From contig CAWCRS010000008.1 of assembly GCA_963798085.1 (NCBI GenBank), positions 448,001 to 512,000 on the forward strand: a stretch of 64,000 nt of DNA. The letters run 5' to 3'. Position 1 is the first letter of the stretch. Each line of letters opens with the position of its first letter. The notes under the pieces are model-generated. The model saw nothing but the letters and a program-made list of their open reading frames with translations. It was not told the DNA's origin and ran no database searches. The position numbers and the translations under genes are program-made. Source of the stretch: an uncultured Gemmatimonadales bacterium (GTDB lineage: Bacteria > Gemmatimonadota > Gemmatimonadetes > Longimicrobiales > RSA9). Positions 40,406 to 50,774 of the stretch are shown here, one piece after another.

Positions 40406-40528
40406 AAGACGATTGTGGACGTAGTCCACCACCCTTTTTAGTTTATGTGCCTTGCCACCAGCAACCTGACGCGGCGGCACGGGGCGACGACGACCCGTCC
40501 GGATTCCACCAGGATACGCGGGAGGATC

Positions 40529-40720
40529 ATGATCGAGATCGAGATCAACGACGGTGACCGTATCGAGTGGGCGCTGAAGCAGTTCCGGCGGAAGATGCTG
40601 CGATCGGGTCTCTTCAAGGACATGAAGAGGAAGCGGTTTTACGAAAAGCCCAGCGAGGCGAGAAAGCGGAAGGCCGCGGATGCGCGGCGCCGCAGCCTGC
40701 GCGCGCGACGGCGGCGCTAG
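40529..40720 (+). CDS. rpsU: 30S ribosomal protein S21
   Basis: GGAGG RBS; IEWALKQFRRK..GLFKDMKRKRFYEKPSEARKRK. Confidence 0.95.
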   Translation: MIEIEINDGDRIEWALKQFRRKMLRSGLFKDMKRKRFYEKPSEARKRKAADARRRSLRARRRR

Positions 40721-41202
40721 CATCCGGTTCCACACCGAGCTCTCCACGGCAATTCCGGCACAGGGCGGCGATTCCGGATCTGGCGCGACCGGGTCGCGCG
40801 GGACCGCGCCGCCCGTGAGGCGGACACCCACGGGCTCCCGTCCCGCCGGCAGCCCGATAACGGCGATGCCGCAGTAGAGACGCAATCACGACCGCGCCCG
40901 TGCGCGGCCGCCTGCTGGTGTGCGCTCGACTCTCGCCACGCTGCCAAAGCGTAATGCAGCGAACCGGTCCACAACCAACGACCTGCGGCGAGGGCTCGGG
41001 CAGATTGCGCGGGTGTTCCGTCGTGTCGCCCTCCCGCTCACCGCAGCCGTCACCGTGTGCAAGAACTCCTGCACCCCAAACCGGCGGCCTCCTCTTCGAC
41101 TTTGGCGTTCTTGGCGCGACGTGGGTGGGGCGGCCATGCCGGCGGCATCGCAGCCGCGCTGCTTTCGCTCATTCCGTCGAATGTCGCTGCGTCCAGCTCT
41201 CC

Positions 41203-41402
41203 GAACGCATCGTCGATCCCTTCTGGCAGGCGGAGCAGAGCACGACCCGGCGTTTCGGTGGGCGGGCATCGGCCTTGGCGTGGCGCGCGGCCTGGCTCGT
41301 CAGCTCGGCGGCGACCTGACCGGGCAGAGCGCGCCCGACCAGGGCAGCAGGTTCACCCTGCGCATCCCGGCCCGCTTCGAATCGGTCCCGCCCAAGGCCT
41401 GA
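41203..41402 (+). pseudogene. Remnant of a histidine kinase HATPase C-terminus
   Basis: ERIVDPFWQAEQSTTRRFGG, then after a 1-bp shift AGIGLGVARGLARQLGGDL..DQGSRFTLRIP; no upstream H, N or G1 boxes recognisable. Confidence 0.75.
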
Positions 41403-41450
41403 GCCTGGCGCGCCGATAATTCTTTCGGACACAGCCAACAGGACGACCTG

Positions 41451-42941
41451 ATGCCCAGACACGATCCGGTGCACGACCTGGAACTCCTGATCCGGTCGCG
41501 CTACGGACTCATCGTCATCGAGACAGCGGAGGATGATCGCGCCGAGACGCTGCTGCGCCTCGTCGCCGATCACGTGTCACTGCCACTGTTCCTCTGGTCG
41601 CGCTCCAAGGGGCTGCGCCGCGATGGCGCCGTCAGCGCCGTGTACGGCACGACGGACCCGACCCAGGCGCTGGGCCACGTGTCCAGCGCACGCATGGATG
41701 CGCTCTACTACCTCGCCGGCAGCGAGGCCATCCTCGCGGATGCGGCGCTCGTGGACCGCATGCGCGAGATCGTCACCGAGCTGGGTACGCGCGCGGGCGC
41801 ACTCATCCTGACCGGCGCGGCGCTCACTTTGCCGGAGTCGATCCGCCGCCTGAGCGCCACCGTCACATTGCCACCACCCGATGGCGAGGAATTCGAGCGG
41901 CTGATCCAGCGCCTGTCGCGGGACCTGCGCCAGCGCATGCGCGTGGAGGTGGCATTGACGCCGGAGGAGACCTCGCGACTGGTGACCAACCTGCGCGGGC
42001 TCACGCTGATCGAGGCGGAGAAAGTCCTGACGCGTGCCATCGTGGAAGACGGCAGGCTGGCTGCAGACGACGTCGCCGCGGTCATCGAGTTCAAGAAGGA
42101 GATCGTCGAGCGCGAGGGCGTGCTCGAGTACTACCCTGTCGAAGAAACACTCGCCAATGTCGCGGACCTTGCAGGCCTCAAGGCCTGGCTGGCCAAGCGC
42201 ACCCAGTTCATCAGCGCGCCGGAAAAAGCCGAAGAGTTCGGGCTCTCCTTCCCCAAGGGCGTGCTGCTCATTGGCGTGCCCGGCTGCGGCAAGAGTCTGT
42301 GTGCACGCGCTGTCGCCATGGAATGGAAGCTGCCCCTGCTCAAGCTCGATCCCGGCCGCCTCTACAACAAGTTCATGGGCGAAAGCGAGAAGAACTTCCG
42401 TCGCGCGATGGACGCAGCCGAGCGCCTGGCGCCCTGCGTCCTCTTCATCGATGAGCTGGAAAAGGCCTTCGCTTCCGGGGACAGCGAGGATGGCGGCGTG
42501 TCGCAGCGCGTCCTGGGCACGTTCCTGTCCTGGATGCAGGACCGCTCCGGCGATGTCTTCACGGTCGCCACCGCCAACGACGTGTCGCGCCTGCCCCCCG
42601 AATTCCTGCGCAAGGGCCGCTTCGACGAGATCTTCTTCGTGGACCTGCCCAACGCCGAGGCGAGGTGCGCCATCTTCAACATCCACCTGAAAAAGCGGCA
42701 CCAGGACCCGTCCGCCTTCGACGTGCAGGCGCTGGTCGCCGCCACCGACGGTTTCAGCGGCGCGGAGATCGAGCAGACCGTGGTGGCCGCGCTCTACACC
42801 GCGTTCTCCGCCCGGCAGAAGCTCGAGACCGCGCACGTCCTGCACGAGATCGCAGCCACGCGCCCGCTATCGCTGACCATGGCCGAACGCGTCAGCGCTC
42901 TGCGCGCCTGGGCGAAGGGCCGCACCGTGGGCGCTAACTAG
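41451..42941 (+). CDS. AAA+ ATPase, Ycf46-like
   Basis: LELLIRSRYGLI, PKGVLLIGVPGCGKS (Walker A), LFIDELEK (Walker B), ATAND..LPPEFLRKGRFDE. Confidence 0.92.
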   Translation: MPRHDPVHDLELLIRSRYGLIVIETAEDDRAETLLRLVADHVSLPLFLWSRSKGLRRDGAVSAVYGTTDPTQALGHVSSARMDALYYLAGSEAILADAALVDRMREIVTELGTRAGALILTGAALTLPESIRRLSATVTLPPPDGEEFERLIQRLSRDLRQRMRVEVALTPEETSRLVTNLRGLTLIEAEKVLTRAIVEDGRLAADDVAAVIEFKKEIVEREGVLEYYPVEETLANVADLAGLKAWLAKRTQFISAPEKAEEFGLSFPKGVLLIGVPGCGKSLCARAVAMEWKLPLLKLDPGRLYNKFMGESEKNFRRAMDAAERLAPCVLFIDELEKAFASGDSEDGGVSQRVLGTFLSWMQDRSGDVFTVATANDVSRLPPEFLRKGRFDEIFFVDLPNAEARCAIFNIHLKKRHQDPSAFDVQALVAATDGFSGAEIEQTVVAALYTAFSARQKLETAHVLHEIAATRPLSLTMAERVSALRAWAKGRTVGAN

Positions 42942-42949
42942 AGCGTAGC

Positions 42950-43267
42950 GAACGGCGTTGCCGGGGCTGGTTGCCGGGGCTGGTGGCTCGGGAACGGCAG
43001 ATCTGCTGCAACGGCGTCTCCCGTGCCGGGGCACGGGCTCGGGCTGGACTCACGAAAGGTCTGCGTTGCCGGCGGCCAGGCCAACGCTGCGGTCACCGCA
43101 TTCCAGGGCAGCGGCTAACACCTCATTCGAGATGCAGAACGGCCGGACCACTGTCGCAGTCCGGCCGATAATCTTCTCCGCTCCCCCACCATGTCCCGAG
43201 GCCTGACCCGAGAAACCGATTCGCCCGCGAATCAGCCTTCCCGAGCCCGGCCCCGGCAACGCCGTTC
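42950..43267. repeat. Intergenic inverted-repeat element, family A (second copy)
   Basis: Perfect 18-bp terminal inverted repeat GAACGGCGTTGCCGGGGC (42950-42967 / 43250-43267) between convergent genes. Confidence 0.88.
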
Positions 43268-43279
43268 AAACGCCTGGCA

Positions 43280-46200
43280 CTACCACCCCGGTTGGAGCTG
43301 GAACCCGATATGGCCGCCCTTGTCGGGGCGCTGGAACGGAACGGCGTAGTATGTCTCCAGCACCAGGAAGCCGAGGATGTTCATGCGTGCGCTGATGCCG
43401 GCGCTGAATACGGGCACGCGGGCGTCGGTGTTGCGCGCGAAGGTGAAGTCCACGTTGTCGCCACTCGACCACGCGAGGCCCGCGTCGATGAAGGGGGCGA
43501 TCTCGGTGGGCAGGTACGGGAAATTGATCAGCCCGAATTCCGGCACGCCGAACAGCGGCACGCGCAGTTCGAGGTTGGCTACGGCAATGCGCGAGCCGAG
43601 CAGGCGGTCGAATACCGGGCAGGAGGACTGCTGCACACTGGTCGTATGGCATTCGCTGGTGTTGAACGAGTTCTGCCCGTACCCGCGCACGAAGGTCGCG
43701 TAGCCCAGGAACACGGGGGACAGCACCTGCGTGCCGTTGCTGGCGAGGCCGCTGGCATCGGGGCCATACCGCCCGAAGTGCAGGGCGCGGAAGGCGAATG
43801 TGAACGGCTTCTTGAATATGTAATCACGATAGTCCGCCAGCAGCGTGCCGTACTTGAGCGTTCCCAGCGTAGGTGTGACCGCGAAGCGGAAGCGCTTGCC
43901 GGATACGGGTGACGTGAAGCCGTAGTACGAATTGTCACCGACGAACGCCATCGAGGTCTCGAGGAACGTGATGGGAGCGGGCGAGACCGTGTCCACGCGC
44001 ACCACGTTGGTCAGCTGCTGGCCGGTGAAGGCATCGAAGTACGCCCGGTCGATCTCCGTGTTGAAGCCGTAGCGCGTGACGCCCCCGCTGAACTCCAGGC
44101 GCCGCGTCTGCGAGAACGGGTAGTACATGAGCGCCGCAGCCTGGTCGATGTAGATGCGCTGCAGCACCTGGTTCAATAACAGTGTGTTCGGGTCGCTCGG
44201 GTTCTGGTCGTAGTACGAATAGCCGGTCAGATAGGGGATGTGGCCAATGGAGGCGCCCCAGTTGAGGCGGCGCGACGCGTTGCGGTAGATGGCCTGGCCG
44301 CCAATATCCTTGAGTGTGCCGTTCGCCTGAATGGCGGTGCCGATGAATTGGTCGCCCAGCTCATCGCCGAAGAATGCGGACACGCCCCCCGCCAGCACGG
44401 CGCCGTAGTTCGAGGTGCCCACGCCGAAGGAGGGCGGCCCCAGGTAATCGAGCGAGATCTTGGGCGAGTAGTTCGTCGTCGGAAAATCGCCTGATTCCGG
44501 CAGACCCGTGTCCGGGTCGTTCAGGTACTGCGACACGATACCGCCGCCGGCCGCTTCGAGCGGCGGCAGCAGCTGCGCCGGCAGCACGCGCGGCTCCTGG
44601 CCCGCCTGCACCACCGTGCCGCACACCTGGGCGCAGTCCAGCGAATAGATGTTGTTGCCCGAGTTCTCGAACGCGGAGAACATGAGCAGCCCGGTTTCCC
44701 GCGACACCGAGATCGCGGGCGACAGCGCCGTGATGCCGCTGACGCCGGTCGCCAGGCGTGTCACCTGGAAGACCTGCTGGCTCTCGACGTTGATGCGGTA
44801 GACGTCGCTGAAGCCCTCGTGATCGGAAATGAAGTAGATCTCCCTGCTGTCCGGAGACCACTGCGGATTGATGTGCTTCGCGCCGCAGAACGGATCCAGC
44901 AGACGGATCTGCTTCGTCGCCACATCCATGAGCCCGATCTGCATGGGCGCGTAGGTCAGCTGATCGAAGTTGGTGCCGCCGCGATCCGTCACCCAGGCGA
45001 TGGTGTTGCCGTCCGGCGACCAGGCCGGCTGGATGTCGGCGTAACGGTCATTGGTCAGCTGCGTCACATCGTTGGTGGCTACGTCCAGGATGTACAGGTC
45101 GCTCTGACCGCCGGACATGCCGGAAAACACGATCCTGCGCCCATCAGGGGACCAGTGCGGATCGGTGACCGCGCCCACGCCGGGCGGCGAGATGTGCTTC
45201 TCGACCTTCGTCGACTCCACGTCGAGGATCTCCAGCTGGCTGTTGCCGCCGCGGAACACGACGAAGGCGAACTTCTTGCCATCGGGCGACCAGCCGCCGG
45301 ACGCCTGGATGTAGCTGATTGCGTCCATGTGCTGATCGCGCTGCGGGCTGGACAGCACCTTGAGGGTCTTGCCCGTGGCTGCATTGGCGAGGATGAGATC
45401 AGGCGTGAAGAGATTGCGCCGCCCGATGAACACCACCTTGGAGCCATCCGGACTGACGGATGGCGAGATGTTCATGGCGCCGGGTTCGGGATCGTAGAGC
45501 ACGCGTTTGCCCACGTCCTGCGGGCGCTGCCGGCCGGCGATGATGGGCAGATACGTCGACCGGATCGATGTGATCCAGTCCTGCGACAGCTGGGAAGAAT
45601 TCACGCCCAGCACGCGCTGCAGTGCCTCTTCGAAGCCGGTGGTCGTGGCAATACGGAAGACCTCGGGCACCGCACGGTCGCCCCAGCGTCCGGCGATGTA
45701 TGCCCAGAGCGCCTGACCGTAGCGGTAGGCGAAATACGGGCCGGTGGTGAGCTGCTGAATCGTCGGCAGGTCACCGCGCAGTGCGGCGTCGCGCAGCCAC
45801 ATCGCGGTGTGCGCGTCCTGCCGGCCCAGCGACAGATACTCGGCCATCCCTTCCACCAGCCACGACGGCAGGCGGCTGAAGCCGGCGAGTCCGCCGCCCT
45901 GCGGTGAGGAGGCGAGGTCGTACTGGAACACGTGCACCATCTCGTGGCCCAGCACGTGATCATTGTCCTGGTAGACGCCCGTGTAGGGCATGATCACGCG
46001 ATTGCGCAGCCCTTCCGTGACGCCGCCCGTTTCCTCACCCAGCGCCTCATTGATGACGTTGGTCTGCTGGAAGTCGGGATGGTCGGCGTAGAAGATCAGG
46101 GGCTTCTTGTCGAACTCGTGCTGGAAGGTGCGCGAGTGGCGCGTGTACCAGCGCTCGGCCATGCGCGCGGCATCCCTGGTGACTTCCAGTTCGGCAGGGT

Positions 46201-46363
46201 AGTAGTGCACATCGAAGTGCGGCGTCTTCATGATGCGCCAGTTCAGGTGCTCGTACTGCACCTTCTGGCGACCGAAGTACTGTGCTGAAGCCGGTGCGGC
46301 CGTGCCGGCGAGGCAGGCCGCGACGATGGAGAGGCCGAGACCCCTTCCTCTCAGGAGAGACAT
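43280..46363 (-). CDS. Outer membrane protein: zinc-peptidase-like domain + TolB/PD40 propeller + Omp85-type barrel
   Basis: Signal peptide ASA-Q; GHEMVHVFQ and WLVEGMAEY (gluzincin-like); SPDG repeats; FVRGY, ANLELRVPL, C-terminal aromatic W. Confidence 0.85.
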   Translation of the reverse strand: MSLLRGRGLGLSIVAACLAGTAAPASAQYFGRQKVQYEHLNWRIMKTPHFDVHYYPAELEVTRDAARMAERWYTRHSRTFQHEFDKKPLIFYADHPDFQQTNVINEALGEETGGVTEGLRNRVIMPYTGVYQDNDHVLGHEMVHVFQYDLASSPQGGGLAGFSRLPSWLVEGMAEYLSLGRQDAHTAMWLRDAALRGDLPTIQQLTTGPYFAYRYGQALWAYIAGRWGDRAVPEVFRIATTTGFEEALQRVLGVNSSQLSQDWITSIRSTYLPIIAGRQRPQDVGKRVLYDPEPGAMNISPSVSPDGSKVVFIGRRNLFTPDLILANAATGKTLKVLSSPQRDQHMDAISYIQASGGWSPDGKKFAFVVFRGGNSQLEILDVESTKVEKHISPPGVGAVTDPHWSPDGRRIVFSGMSGGQSDLYILDVATNDVTQLTNDRYADIQPAWSPDGNTIAWVTDRGGTNFDQLTYAPMQIGLMDVATKQIRLLDPFCGAKHINPQWSPDSREIYFISDHEGFSDVYRINVESQQVFQVTRLATGVSGITALSPAISVSRETGLLMFSAFENSGNNIYSLDCAQVCGTVVQAGQEPRVLPAQLLPPLEAAGGGIVSQYLNDPDTGLPESGDFPTTNYSPKISLDYLGPPSFGVGTSNYGAVLAGGVSAFFGDELGDQFIGTAIQANGTLKDIGGQAIYRNASRRLNWGASIGHIPYLTGYSYYDQNPSDPNTLLLNQVLQRIYIDQAAALMYYPFSQTRRLEFSGGVTRYGFNTEIDRAYFDAFTGQQLTNVVRVDTVSPAPITFLETSMAFVGDNSYYGFTSPVSGKRFRFAVTPTLGTLKYGTLLADYRDYIFKKPFTFAFRALHFGRYGPDASGLASNGTQVLSPVFLGYATFVRGYGQNSFNTSECHTTSVQQSSCPVFDRLLGSRIAVANLELRVPLFGVPEFGLINFPYLPTEIAPFIDAGLAWSSGDNVDFTFARNTDARVPVFSAGISARMNILGFLVLETYYAVPFQRPDKGGHIGFQLQPGW

Positions 46364-46917
46364 CCGAACCTCCCCGCCAATGTCACTGAACGTGATTCGC
46401 ATTCCATTGCGGCAGCGGCCTCGCGCACGAGTGCGTGCGTGGCGCGCGTGCCCCCCTGTAGACCTGTACAGCGACCATAATTCTAACAACGCACGACGCG
46501 TTCCTGATCGTACGCCACGCTCTGCTCCGGGCTACCGGCCGAGCGGGTCGCAACCAGATAGACACCTGCGGCCGGCCACGACCCTTAGCAGTTGGCCACA
46601 GGCGGGGATGACGTGGACCAGACGACCGCGCTCATGGTCGGAATCCAGGGGCATTCGAGGACCGCTGCAGCCCGAATCCTGCACGGGAGAGCCTGACGGA
46701 TCCTGCCGTGCCGCAGGGATTCTCCCCGCACGACCCGCTCGCCTCAACTCTCCGCCCCCGCACGCCCGATACTGGAATGGACGGTCAGTGGACCGTCGGG
46801 TTCGATGGCGCAATGCAAAACCGCGGGTTTGCAGGATGCGAACGAGCCCGTAACACGTTGACCGGCACGCGCTCGCGAGAAATGCGACGCGTGGGGATCT
46901 ACCCCTGCAAAGTGCAA

Positions 46918-48546
46918 ATGGCGCAGACGCTGCGTTTGCTCAGGGTCCTTTACATCGGGCGCCTCACCATCGCGGTCGGCATCTTCGTGGCCGCGTTGTG
47001 GGCGTGGACGGACGCGCCTGCGGACGTCACGCTGATAGCCACGCTTGCGCTGCTGCTGTCTCTCGCCGTTTCCGGCATTGGTTTCTGGTACACCGATGTG
47101 CTGGGTCGCCGGCCCGGGCGCGACTTCGTCTACTGCCAGGTTCTGTTCGACACGCTGCTCGTCACCGCCATCGTCCACATCACCACGGTCAGCAACGGCC
47201 CGAGCGATTTCTCGGCACTGTACGTCCCGGTCATTGCCACGGCCGCACTGCTGCTGCCCATGCCCGGTGGTCTGCTGGTCGGCGGGCTCGCCAGCATTCT
47301 CTACATCGCGGACATTCTGTGGCTGCAGACCTTCGGCGTGAGCGTCGCGTCGCTGATGCAGGTCGGGCTCTTCGTCGTGATCGCGGGCGTCACCGCGGTG
47401 CTGGGTCACCGCTTGCGGCGAACCGGCACGGCGCTGGGCATGGCGGAGTCCGAGCTGCGCCAGCTGCGCCTGGACACGGGGGACATCCTGGCGGCGATCG
47501 ACACGGGTCTCGTGACCGTGGCCGATGACGGTCGCCTCATGTACATGAATGCCGCCGCCCAGGCGATTCTCGAGCTGCGTCAGGACGACTGGCGGGGCCG
47601 CGCTGTGATCGACGCGCTGGACCGCGCCGCGCCGCAGCTGGGCACCACGATTGCCCGCACGGCGAGAACCGGCATGGCGGTGCGCCGTCTCGAGGTGCGC
47701 GTGCCGCATCCCGAAGGCGATGCCTTCCTCGCGGTACGCACCACGCTGCTGGACCGGCCCCAGCATCCATGGGTGACGGCGGTTATCCAGGACGTGACCG
47801 AACACCGGCAGATCGATGATCTGATCCGGCGTGCCGAGCGGCTGCAGGCCATTGCCGAGCTGGGCGCGTCGCTGGCGCACGAGATCAAGAATCCGCTGGC
47901 CTCCATTCGCAGCAGCATCGAGCAGCTGATGCGCAACCGTCTGGGTCAAGACGATCGCGACACACTGCAGCGCCTCGTGCTCGCGGAATCGGATCGCCTG
48001 AGCCGGCTGCTGGCAGAGTTCATGGAGTTCTCGCGTCTCGAGCTGCGTCGCTGGAAGGTGCTCGACCTGCGCGACATCGCATCGGAAGCGGTGGGCCTCG
48101 CGGCCCAGCATCCGGATACCGGCGCGGGTACGCGCATCGAGCTGGACGCGCCGCTGGATCCGCTCGTCGTCGATGGCGATCAGGACCTGCTGCACCGCGC
48201 TGTGTTCAACCTGGTGCTCAATGGTGTCCAGCACGCCGGTCCCAGCGGTCGCGTGCGCGTTCAGCTGGGCCGCGCCGATACCTTCGAAGTGCCGGCCAGC
48301 GTGCCCATCGAATCACCGGTGCGACTCACGGTCGAGGACTCGGGTCCCGGAATCCGCGAGGAAGACATCGGCCGGCTCTTCGATCCTTTCTTCACCACGC
48401 GCAACGGCGGCAACGGCCTCGGCCTCGCCATGGTGCATCGCGCCATTGAAGCGCATCGCGGCGCCATACTCGTCGACGGCAACGTCGGCCGCGGCGCCCG
48501 CTTCACAGTCTATCTTCCTGCTCACAGCAACGGTCGGAGGAACTGA
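46918..48546 (+). CDS. pilS: PilS-like membrane sensor histidine kinase
   Basis: N-terminal LRVLYIGRL plus about 6 TM helices, PAS-like region, LAHEIKNPL, FDPFFTT, GLGL; precedes a sigma54 activator. The start could be 46882. Confidence 0.8.
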   Translation: MAQTLRLLRVLYIGRLTIAVGIFVAALWAWTDAPADVTLIATLALLLSLAVSGIGFWYTDVLGRRPGRDFVYCQVLFDTLLVTAIVHITTVSNGPSDFSALYVPVIATAALLLPMPGGLLVGGLASILYIADILWLQTFGVSVASLMQVGLFVVIAGVTAVLGHRLRRTGTALGMAESELRQLRLDTGDILAAIDTGLVTVADDGRLMYMNAAAQAILELRQDDWRGRAVIDALDRAAPQLGTTIARTARTGMAVRRLEVRVPHPEGDAFLAVRTTLLDRPQHPWVTAVIQDVTEHRQIDDLIRRAERLQAIAELGASLAHEIKNPLASIRSSIEQLMRNRLGQDDRDTLQRLVLAESDRLSRLLAEFMEFSRLELRRWKVLDLRDIASEAVGLAAQHPDTGAGTRIELDAPLDPLVVDGDQDLLHRAVFNLVLNGVQHAGPSGRVRVQLGRADTFEVPASVPIESPVRLTVEDSGPGIREEDIGRLFDPFFTTRNGGNGLGLAMVHRAIEAHRGAILVDGNVGRGARFTVYLPAHSNGRRN

Positions 48547-48549
48547 GGA

Positions 48550-49925
<1,376 letters not shown>

Positions 49926-49929
<4 letters not shown>

Positions 49930-50774
49930 CCGACGATTTCGAGAACCACTCGCGCATCAGGAGGGACCCTACCTCAATGCGGCTTAGCGTCGTCATGCCC
50001 GTCTACAACGAAGCGCCCACCGTGCAATACTCGATTGCGCGCGTGCGCTCCGTTCCCCTTTCCATCGAACTGGTGTGCATCGACGATGCCTCCACCGATG
50101 GCACACGCGCGGTCCTCGAGCAGCTGCACCAGGACGGTGTGATCGACGTGCTGCTGCTGCAGGAACAGAATCAGGGGAAGGGTGCGGCCGTGCGGCGAGG
50201 CATCCAGGCGGCCACCGGCGATGTGATCGTGATCCAGGACGCTGACCTCGAATACGATCCTTTCGAGCTGCCTCGCCTGCTCGATCCCATTCTCGATGGC
50301 CGCGCGGATGCCGTCCTGGGCAGTCGCTTCCTGGGTGGCGTGCACCGCGTCCTCTACTTCTGGCACCGTCTGGGCAACGGACTGCTGACGCTGCTGTCCA
50401 ACATGCTCACGGACCTGAACGTCACGGACATGGAGACGTGCTACAAGATGGTGCGCGCGGATCTCATGAAGAGTCTGCCGCTGACGGCGGATCGCTTCGG
50501 CATCGAGCCGGAGCTGACCGCACGGCTGGCGCAGTCCCGCGCCCGCATCTACGAAGTGCCCATCAGCTATTCGGGCCGCACCTATGCCGAGGGCAAGAAG
50601 ATCGGCTGGCGTGACGGCGTCGCCGCCTTCTGGCACATCGTGCGCTTCAATCTTTCGGGACCGCGCGCGCCCCTGTACAAGCCGGTACGCAGCCTGACGC
50701 CGCCGCAGCCCGGCGTGATCGCGGACCAGCCACCCGTGGTGCGCAATGCCACGCGAGGCGTGACCGGCCCGTGA
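49926..50774 (+). CDS. GT2 glycosyltransferase, DPM1-like polyprenyl-phosphate sugar synthase
   Basis: [56 protein letters not shown] overlap with the pilR stop (alternative start 49977). Confidence 0.92.

Noticed and set aside
40415..40444. Small palindrome GTGGAC-GTA-GTCCAC and a possible TGGACG-17-TAGTTT promoter before rpsU
   Set aside because: The match to consensus is too weak to support as a feature without TSS data.
32723..43267. Calling the inverted-repeat elements IS elements or MITEs
   Set aside because: No transposase, no target-site duplications and no shared internal sequence; kept as repeats.
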